32,000 bases of DNA from Opitutales bacterium. GTDB taxonomy: Bacteria > Verrucomicrobiota > Verrucomicrobiia > Opitutales > PNEW01. The notes under the pieces are model-generated. The model saw only the letters and a program-made list of their open reading frames with translations, was not told where the DNA came from and searched no databases. A program made the translations under genes and the position numbers. Positions within the stretch are counted from its first letter, which is position 1; each line of letters opens with the position of its first letter. Positions 9,798 to 16,310 of this stretch are shown here, in pieces. The stretch covers positions 660,001 to 692,000 of the forward strand of contig CBDCNV010000002.1 in assembly GCA_965219535.1 (NCBI GenBank). Reading direction: 5' to 3'.

Positions 9798-10640
9798 GTG
9801 ATCCAGGATAATTGCACGCTTACTGAAAAGCAGATTCAGCAGTTTGAAACCTTTGGCTTTCTTGTCCGCCGCCAGGTCTTCAGCGCTGAGGAAATGGCGG
9901 AAATTGACGACGATTTCAGCCGCCGCCGTTTAACCATCCTGGCGCAGCTCGATCCTGAAGAGAAAAAGAATTTCAGACAATGGCCGACCCGAAATCCGGA
10001 ACTTCCATTTATCTCCAGCTTGCTTGAAGACCCACGCATTTATGGGCCCTCCGAGCAACTTATCGGTGAAGACTCCGTATTATTTCAATCGAACTGCAAC
10101 AGCTATGGGGTAGACACTTCCTGGCATTCGGATTCAAAAGATCGCCATATGCGATTGATCAAAAATGTCATGTATTTGCAACCAACAACTGCTGAGCGTG
10201 GGGCTTTACGCCTCATTCCCGGTTCACATAAGAGTCCTTTATATGATGAGCTGGTTCGAATCGGCCTCGATCTTTATGTCAAAGATCAAGGGCCCTATTT
10301 TCTAAAGGATTCCGAATTCAGCGGGGAAGATATTCCCTGTTACATATTTTCTTCGCAGCCGGGTGACGTCATCATCTTTAGTCAGAACACCTGGCATGCG
10401 GCTTATGGTACTTTTGAATACAGACGGACCTGCACCTTTAATTTTATCTGCAATCCTAAGACTACCGAGGAAAAAGCGGAATTTCATGCCATGGCAGGGT
10501 CTTTTAGTTTTAAAGACCTACCGGTCCAGGGACCCCAATGTCATCCGGAGTGGTTGGCCAATCTCAAAGGCAGTGCGCGGCGCGCGCGGTGGATAAAAAA
10601 GTTGGAAGAGTGGGGGTTTGTCGAAGCGGTGAAGACTTAA
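9798..10640 (+). CDS. PhyH-like Fe(II)/2OG dioxygenase paralog (clade A-like, last + strand copy, GTG start)
   Basis: 280 aa. SWHSD, RLIPGSH, TWHAAYGTFEYRR, and tail EWLANLKGSARRARWIKKLEEWGF. The start is GTG at 9798-9800, at exactly the position of ATG in the conserved (A/G)TGATCCAGGA start context of its paralogs. Confidence 0.8.
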   Translation: MIQDNCTLTEKQIQQFETFGFLVRRQVFSAEEMAEIDDDFSRRRLTILAQLDPEEKKNFRQWPTRNPELPFISSLLEDPRIYGPSEQLIGEDSVLFQSNCNSYGVDTSWHSDSKDRHMRLIKNVMYLQPTTAERGALRLIPGSHKSPLYDELVRIGLDLYVKDQGPYFLKDSEFSGEDIPCYIFSSQPGDVIIFSQNTWHAAYGTFEYRRTCTFNFICNPKTTEEKAEFHAMAGSFSFKDLPVQGPQCHPEWLANLKGSARRARWIKKLEEWGFVEAVKT

Positions 10641-10746
10641 AGTGATAGGATTAATCTCTTCACAGTATCACACTCTGTCCTTCGGCCACTGCAAGCCCGT
10701 CTTTAAATCTTTATAACCCGAGCCGTATATCCTGTGCTATCGTGAA

Positions 10747-11616
10747 TTAATTGTCGTCACGAAAGGGAACAAAGGTGGGTACTTTTTTCGCGCCCAGTCG
10801 CGGCAGGTCTTCGACCATCTGGCGAATGCGGGGGCGGTCGCTTTTCAACAAGGCATCTGAGGGTTCAAAGATACCTTTTTGATAATGGCGCAGCGAGGCG
10901 AGATGCTTGTCTGTAGTCGGTCGCGCCGCAAATTTCAGCGCGATATAACGCCGCCCTTTTGTCCCATTGAACATGCCATGCCAGAGACTATGATTAAAAA
11001 AAATAACATCACCGGGATTGCATTCAAAAGGGAAGCTGGGCATTTCCTCTCCCGTGATGCCGAAAGGTTTAACGATTTCTCCATATTGATGGCGGTCTTC
11101 CGGTTCTATTTGCGCGTGCAAGGGCAGACGATGAGAGCCCGGGATCACGCGCAGACAGCCACTGTTTTTATCCAGTGGATCGAGGTAAATCATGACTTTT
11201 ATTCTCAAATATGAGATTTCCTCTTCATCTCCCGGACGATCGGGATGCCAGCCATGTTGGCGATGAAATGTTACATGGCCTTCAGATCCTGACCAGACAA
11301 AACCAGGACTAAGCAATCCCTCGACCGTATCATGTATTCGATTGTCATCGAGCAGGGACGTCAGCAAAGGCCGCTGTTCAATGAACTGATCTAATGAAAT
11401 CGATACATCACTCGTCGGATTCTTCATCAGGGGACGCTGCTCAACGAACTCATCAAAAGATGCTCCCTTGTCATTGGAAGAAGAGTTTGCCCTATGTTCT
11501 TTCCAGATTTCTTCGGCGGTGCTTGTAATCTTATCAATCTCTTCAGGCGTGAATGCCTGTCGGAGAATAAGAAAACCAAAGGTATCAAAATGTGCTTTCT
11601 GCTCGGGCGATAACAT
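10747..11616 (-). CDS. PhyH-like Fe(II)/2OG dioxygenase paralog (clade C, opposite strand)
   Basis: 289 aa. FGFLILRQAFTPEE, HGWHPDRPGDEEE, RVIPGSHRLPLH, LWHGMFNGTKGRR. It lacks the WL-x-NP...WGF tail of the + strand copies and carries an internal duplication (see findings). Confidence 0.8.
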   Translation of the reverse strand: MLSPEQKAHFDTFGFLILRQAFTPEEIDKITSTAEEIWKEHRANSSSNDKGASFDEFVEQRPLMKNPTSDVSISLDQFIEQRPLLTSLLDDNRIHDTVEGLLSPGFVWSGSEGHVTFHRQHGWHPDRPGDEEEISYLRIKVMIYLDPLDKNSGCLRVIPGSHRLPLHAQIEPEDRHQYGEIVKPFGITGEEMPSFPFECNPGDVIFFNHSLWHGMFNGTKGRRYIALKFAARPTTDKHLASLRHYQKGIFEPSDALLKSDRPRIRQMVEDLPRLGAKKVPTFVPFRDDN

Positions 11617-11664
11617 GGGTGGTCTACTTGTGAAATAAATAGATTATCAGGTAAAATCTATTAC

Positions 11665-12507
11665 TCAATTAATCATATTCTCTTCTCGGTTATGAAAGAG
11701 TGAAGCTTTGACATCATCACGGAAAGGGGTGAAGGCAGGTACTTTTTTTGCGCCCAGGCGTGGTAAATCCTCAACCATACGGCGAATACCGGGATGTTCA
11801 CTTTTTAATAGCGTGTCTGCGGGTTCGAAGACTCCCTCTGTATAATAGTGCAGGGAGGCGAGTTGCAGGACAGTTTTGGGTCGAGCCGAATATTTTAGCG
11901 CGATATAGCGGCGCCCTTTTTTGCCATTAAACATGGCATGAAAAAGACTGTGGTTAAAAAAAATAACATCACCGGGACGACATTCCAAAGGAAATCCTGG
12001 CATCTCGGGACCGGTGACGTCGAATGGCTTTACATGGTCTGCGTGTTGGTGATGTTCTTCCGGTTCTATTTCTGCATGAAGGGGCATCCGATGGGAGCCG
12101 GGAAGCACGCGTAGACATCCACTGTCTTTATCCAGGGGATCGAGATAAATCATCACTTTAATTCTAAGAAATAAAAGTTCTTCTTCATCACCGGGTCTGT
12201 CCGTATGCCAACCATGGTAACGGTGACTCGTAACTTGCCCTTCAGATCCAGCAAAGATAAAATCAGAGCCCATCAATCCCTCGATCGTCCCGTAGATGCG
12301 ATCATCCTCTAGAAGCTTCAACAGCGGGGGATGCCGTTCGACAAACGCATCTAAAGTTATTTCCCCATTTTTCGAAGAAGCTTTTTCTTTTTCCCAAATG
12401 CTATCAGCTTCGCAAGTTATCTTTTCAATCTCTTCCGGAGTGAAAGCCTGACGAAGAATAATAAATCCAAAGGTGTCAAAATGTGCTTTTTGTTCCGGTG
12501 CTAACAT
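11665..12507 (-). CDS. PhyH-like Fe(II)/2OG dioxygenase paralog (clade C, opposite strand)
   Basis: 280 aa, closely related to 10747..11616. HGWHTDRPGDEEE, RVLPGSHRMPLH, LFHAMFNGKKGRR. Confidence 0.8.
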   Translation of the reverse strand: MLAPEQKAHFDTFGFIILRQAFTPEEIEKITCEADSIWEKEKASSKNGEITLDAFVERHPPLLKLLEDDRIYGTIEGLMGSDFIFAGSEGQVTSHRYHGWHTDRPGDEEELLFLRIKVMIYLDPLDKDSGCLRVLPGSHRMPLHAEIEPEEHHQHADHVKPFDVTGPEMPGFPLECRPGDVIFFNHSLFHAMFNGKKGRRYIALKYSARPKTVLQLASLHYYTEGVFEPADTLLKSEHPGIRRMVEDLPRLGAKKVPAFTPFRDDVKASLFHNREENMIN

Positions 12508-12599
12508 AGCAATTAATTATAAATAAAATAGCGGAATAAATTTAATTCTCAATTAAATAGATTGTCTTGTTTCAGGTGATGTCATGATATGCGTCAACG

Positions 12600-13586
12600 A
12601 TGAAAACTGTAATGGGAATCGATGGAGGTGGCACGCAGACACGTGCCGCAATCCTTGACGAGGAGGGGCATTTGCTCGGAATCGGTCAAGCCGGACCCTC
12701 TAATCCCAATGCTGTAGGATTGGATCAATCCCTGGTCGCGCTCAAGGGAGCAATGGGCGATGCCTGTGACGGTGCTGAGATAAAGTTAGATGAAATCGAT
12801 TCCGTGTTCCTCGGACTCTCGGGACTGCCACGGATTAATCGTGAAGCCTTTAAAGAGACATTGACCGAGAAACTGGCATTTACCGCGGATCAAACTTTTG
12901 CCATCGATCATGATTTGCACATTTCCTTGACGGGTGGTTTAGCAGGAGAACCGGGAATGGTTCTCGTGGTTGGAACCGGATCAGCCTGTTATGGATTGAA
13001 GGAGGACGGCAGTCGAAGTCAGGCCGGTGGTTGGGGTTACCTCGTAGACGATTTTGGCAGCGCCTATTGGATAGGGTTACAGGCCCTTGCCGCGGTCGCG
13101 CAATCTGCCGATCACCGCGCCGGCCCCACTGCGCTCACCCATGCGATCAAAGAAGCGATGGAGCTGGATGAGATGAACCAGTTGATCAACCGCATCTACG
13201 ATCCCAATTTCAGTCGGACTGAGATTGCCTCGCTCGCGCCGCACGTATTCTTAATGGCGGGTGCAGGTGATGCCACCGCCCTCGCAATCATATATCGAGG
13301 CTGTGAAGAACTGGCACGCATGACGACAACCGTGGCTCAGGAACTTCATTGGAACAATGCGCCCTTAAAAATTGTAATCACTGGCGGTGTGGCGCGCGCG
13401 AAAAAACAATTCATGGATCCGCTCAAAGCGGCCTTAAAAAACAATCTACCCCAGGCCACACTGATCAATCCCATCTTCCCCCCCATTTTCGGCGCCGCAC
13501 TGCTTGCCTATAAAGGCGTACATATTTCACCCGATGAATCGCTCATCGAGAAATTGAAGGATGAAGCGAATTCGAATTTAGATTAA
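12600..13586 (+). CDS. BadF/BadG/BcrA/BcrD-type ATPase, N-acetylglucosamine-kinase-like sugar kinase
   Basis: 328 aa. N-terminal phosphate-1 motif MGIDGGGTQTR, a later VVGTGS motif, GGWGYLVDDFGSAYWIG and a C-terminal ITGGVA. This is the ASKHA-fold pattern typical of NagK/BadF-family kinases. Confidence 0.7.
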   Translation: MKTVMGIDGGGTQTRAAILDEEGHLLGIGQAGPSNPNAVGLDQSLVALKGAMGDACDGAEIKLDEIDSVFLGLSGLPRINREAFKETLTEKLAFTADQTFAIDHDLHISLTGGLAGEPGMVLVVGTGSACYGLKEDGSRSQAGGWGYLVDDFGSAYWIGLQALAAVAQSADHRAGPTALTHAIKEAMELDEMNQLINRIYDPNFSRTEIASLAPHVFLMAGAGDATALAIIYRGCEELARMTTTVAQELHWNNAPLKIVITGGVARAKKQFMDPLKAALKNNLPQATLINPIFPPIFGAALLAYKGVHISPDESLIEKLKDEANSNLD

Positions 13587-13638
13587 CATAAGTTCTAATC
13601 ATTTAAACTTAACAAAGAAAAACCATGAGGCGCATGCA

Positions 13639-14418
13639 ATGAACCCGATGACCCAATCTAATAAAAAGGGATGGGATGGCCTCGCAGAGAGCCATTATAA
13701 GAGTTATCATCCAGAAACTTTGATCGCCGGCAAAACCACGTTGCATGACCTGATACTAAAAGAGGTAGGCGATGTCAGGGGCAGATCATTGGCGCATCTG
13801 CTCTGCCATATCGGAACCGACACCCTGTCGTGGGCACTCCTCGGCGCGAAAGTGACGGGTATTGATATCTCACCCAAGTCCTTGAAATACGCGCGGATGC
13901 TCGCGGAACAAATGAATATATCAGCAGATTTTATTGAAGCAGATATTCTGGATGTGATGGATAAGGTGAACGATAAATTTGATATCGTGTTTTCGTCTGT
14001 CGGCGTTCTTTGTTGGCTTCCTGATATTAAGCGCTACGCGCAGACCGTACGGCATTTATTAAATGATGGCGGGTTTTTCTATATATATGACGGCCATCCG
14101 TTCAGAAGTGTCATGGTAAATGATGCGGGATCGACAAAGCCTAATACTTTTCAAGGAAGTTATTTTCGTAAGGAGGTGTGGGAATTTAAAAACATGGGGG
14201 ATTATATTGATCGGGACCTGAAAATACCCTTTAAATCCTACGAGTGGAACTGGACGATGGGAGAGATCATTACAGCATTTTGTGAGGTGGGCTTGAGGAT
14301 AGAGTTTCTGCATGAATTCCCCCAGTATCTCGATAGCGGTATGGCCCTTTTTGATATGGACTATGATAAAATTGAACTCTACCCCTGTACTTTCAGTCTC
14401 AAAGCGACGGTAATTTAA
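13639..14418 (+). CDS. class I SAM-dependent methyltransferase
   Basis: 259 aa. Degenerate motif I (LLCHIGTDTLSWALLGAKVTGIDIS), an acidic loop (…EADILD), and post-I/II segments FDIVFSSVGVLCWL and GGFFYIYDGHP. Confidence 0.65.
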   Translation: MNPMTQSNKKGWDGLAESHYKSYHPETLIAGKTTLHDLILKEVGDVRGRSLAHLLCHIGTDTLSWALLGAKVTGIDISPKSLKYARMLAEQMNISADFIEADILDVMDKVNDKFDIVFSSVGVLCWLPDIKRYAQTVRHLLNDGGFFYIYDGHPFRSVMVNDAGSTKPNTFQGSYFRKEVWEFKNMGDYIDRDLKIPFKSYEWNWTMGEIITAFCEVGLRIEFLHEFPQYLDSGMALFDMDYDKIELYPCTFSLKATVI

Positions 14419-14422
14419 TATT

Positions 14423-14797
14423 ATGATTGAAAGTATTCAATACCGGCTGAATTCCGTGCGATTGTTTACCACTGATTTTAAGCGCGCGGTCAATTTCTAC
14501 TCTGAGACATTGGGGATGACATCCAAAGACGTCAATGAGACCGAGGGCTACGCGGTTTACGCTGTGGGTGACGCACAGCTGTTAATCGAAGTGATGGACC
14601 CGTCTGATAGTGAGGCAAAAGAGTTAGTCGGTCGTTTTGCCGGTGTATCGTTCACTGTTGACGACATACAAGATGCCTACGAATCGTTGAGCGCAAAGGG
14701 TGTGCGATTCACAAACCCGCCGCAAAAACAATCCTGGGGTGGCGTATTGACTCACTTTCACGATCCGGATGATAATGTGCTCACCCTGGTGCAGTGA
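14423..14797 (+). CDS. VOC-family (glyoxalase/bleomycin-resistance/dioxygenase fold) protein
   Basis: 124 aa single-domain protein. FYSETLGM near the N-terminus and HFHDPDDNVLTLVQ at the C-terminus are typical of VOC beta-alpha-beta-beta-beta modules. Confidence 0.65.
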   Translation: MIESIQYRLNSVRLFTTDFKRAVNFYSETLGMTSKDVNETEGYAVYAVGDAQLLIEVMDPSDSEAKELVGRFAGVSFTVDDIQDAYESLSAKGVRFTNPPQKQSWGGVLTHFHDPDDNVLTLVQ

Positions 14798-14849
14798 GAA
14801 TAGATACCAGTAGCTTAAGAAAATTCAGCTCGAAATATAAGCGTCTGTC

Positions 14850-15560
14850 GTGAGTGAATCCTCAAAAATCAAAGCGACAGCGCAGGAGATTGTCGAAGAA
14901 CTACGTAAATACGGACGGGGATCGAGACAGGGGGATAGGCCGAGTGTGCAAGAGGAATTCGGGGTCTATACAAAAGACCGCCACAAGGTCGTGCAGAAAT
15001 ACAAGTTAATACTTAAAAACGAGAGCGGAGAGTATGTCTATAAACTGGCGCTCGCGTTATTGAAGTTGAATCTCACCGAATGCCACGGCGTCGCTTACGA
15101 GCTGATCGCCGGTCATCGCGAAGCGCGGGAATCGCTGACGATCAAACGGATTGAAACCCTGGGTGCCGGTATCGATAACTGGGGGTGGGTCGATTTTTTC
15201 TGCACCAACTTAGTGGGACAAGCGTGGCAGAATGGACAGCTGTCGGATGGAAGCATTCGGCGCTGGGCCCGATCATCGGACCAGTGGTGGCGAAGAGCGG
15301 CCGTTGTCGCGACCGTTCCCCTCAATACAAAAACACGCGGGGGGATGGGAGACAGCGCGCGTACCCTGATGATCTGCCAGATGCTGGTCGCAGATAAATG
15401 CATTATGGTACAGAAGGCAATCAGCTGGGCCCTGCGTACCCTCGTTCCGTGGGATCGGAAAGCGGTCATACAGTTTCTCGCGGATAATGAAGCGGAGACC
15501 TCTGCAAGGGTAAAACGTGAAGTGAAAAGAAAACTGACGACCGGGAAGAAAAACTATTAA
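14850..15560 (+). CDS. DNA alkylation repair protein (AlkD/AlkC-like HEAT-repeat family)
   Basis: 236 aa with a GTG start. NWGWVDFFC, WWRRAAVVATVPLN and QKAISWALR match my recollection of the DNA_alkylation family pattern. No database check was done. Confidence 0.55.
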   Translation: MSESSKIKATAQEIVEELRKYGRGSRQGDRPSVQEEFGVYTKDRHKVVQKYKLILKNESGEYVYKLALALLKLNLTECHGVAYELIAGHREARESLTIKRIETLGAGIDNWGWVDFFCTNLVGQAWQNGQLSDGSIRRWARSSDQWWRRAAVVATVPLNTKTRGGMGDSARTLMICQMLVADKCIMVQKAISWALRTLVPWDRKAVIQFLADNEAETSARVKREVKRKLTTGKKNY

Positions 15561-15574
15561 GGCTCTGGGCGTTT

Positions 15575-16213
15575 ATGAAAGAATGGGATAAAAACTGCCT
15601 GGAGCAGCTCAGGAAATTTTTTGCTGAAGACACCCCTTATGATTCATGTATAGAATCTGTACTACAGGGATTCCAGGGAAAAGCCTTTGTTGACTGCAAT
15701 ACGAATCCATCAGTTGTTCGATTGGTGAATGGTCCATTTAACATAATGGGAGGTAATGCAGAATCTGCTGGCGCAGATGAGATTTTTTCAGAAGCACAGA
15801 AGGACGGCTATTACATGGGAGATTCATCCTGGGAAGAAAAAGTAAAAGCAGTCTACGCGGGGCGATATATCGTTCACAGAAGACAAACATTTAATCATCA
15901 GAAATTAGACAAGATTAGATTAAGCAAACTCTGTAATGAGGTGCCTGAGGGCATAGAAATCAGAAAGATTGGAAAGAAAGAAAAAGAAAGAATAGGCAGA
16001 GAGGTTTCAACCCTTCTTACATTCTATGAAGAATTCCTCGAGAAGGGCATTGGGTATTGTGCTCTTCACGAAGAGCGACTAGTCGGTGGTGTTGCCACCG
16101 CTATAAATTCAAAGCGTGCGATCCAATTTCAAATTAACACAATTCCCGAATACCGCATTCGGGAGTCACCGTTTCAAATCCTGTCAGCCATCCCATTTCT
16201 TATAATTTTATAG
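15575..16213 (+). pseudogene. GNAT-type acetyltransferase (GNAT_acetyltran-like), 3' end replaced at island junction
   Basis: Family-like sequence runs to ...GGVATAINSKRAIQFQINTIPEYR at about nt 16158. The expected (R/K)-G-L-A acetyl-CoA-binding segment is missing. The frame continues into unrelated, tRNA-3'-end-like and AT-rich sequence and stops at 16213. Confidence 0.5.
16173..16195 (+). other. tRNA 3'-end-like fragment (His-like), candidate att core of the adjacent integrative element
   Basis: TTCAAAT-CCTGT-CAGCCAT-C-CCA parses as T-loop, 3' T-stem, 3' acceptor strand, C73 discriminator and CCA. No complementary 5' T-stem or acceptor half lies upstream, so it is only a 3' fragment. It sits 115 nt upstream of an integrase gene. 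Confidence 0.3.
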
Positions 16214-16310
16214 CATTTATAATTAGATACTTATAAATATATAGGGGAACTGTAATCCAGAATTATCCTCCGTATTATTAAATATTACTATCTTATTCCT
16301 GTCAATTTTC

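Noticed and set aside
152-10487. Many 60-126 aa ORFs antisense to or overlapping the dioxygenase genes (for example 408..788 -, 2034..2303 -, 5028..5372 -, 7151..7510 -, 8935..9183 -).
   Set aside because: They lie entirely within strongly supported family genes, have no conserved motifs, and recur only because the underlying genes are paralogous. They are treated as shadow ORFs.
1-10640. The regular ~860-880 bp periodicity could suggest a CRISPR-like or satellite array.
   Set aside because: The repeating unit is a complete protein-coding gene. There are no short direct repeats separated by unique spacers anywhere in the window.
10641-10746. A bidirectional rho-independent terminator between the convergent array ends.
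   Set aside because: Only a weak 6-bp stem (GTGATA...TATCAC) with a ~19-nt loop is present, and there are no flanking T/A tracts. It is not convincing.
207-12507. The PhyH-like paralogs might be 2OG-dependent halogenases.
   Set aside because: Halogenases of this superfamily replace the carboxylate ligand (H-x-A/G). All 14 complete copies keep H-x-D (WHPD, WHVD, WHYD, WHSD, WHTD), so hydroxylase or oxygenase-type chemistry is more likely.
1-12507. A diversity-generating retroelement or other targeted hypermutation system might explain the variable loops.
   Set aside because: There is no reverse transcriptase gene and no template/variable repeat pair. Differences are not restricted to adenine positions. 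The divergence looks like ordinary paralog evolution plus possible gene conversion.
15113-15469. A 118-aa ORF antisense to the alkylation-repair gene, and a 70-aa overlapping + strand ORF (15185..15397).
   Set aside because: Both are embedded in a family-recognisable gene and are Arg/Ser/Pro-rich, as expected for out-of-frame reading of moderately GC-rich coding DNA.
12600-15560. The sugar kinase, methyltransferase, VOC protein and alkylation-repair protein might be part of one pathway with the dioxygenase array.
   Set aside because: They are divergently transcribed from the clade C genes, have larger gaps, and their functions have no obvious common substrate logic. There is no sequence evidence for linkage beyond adjacency.
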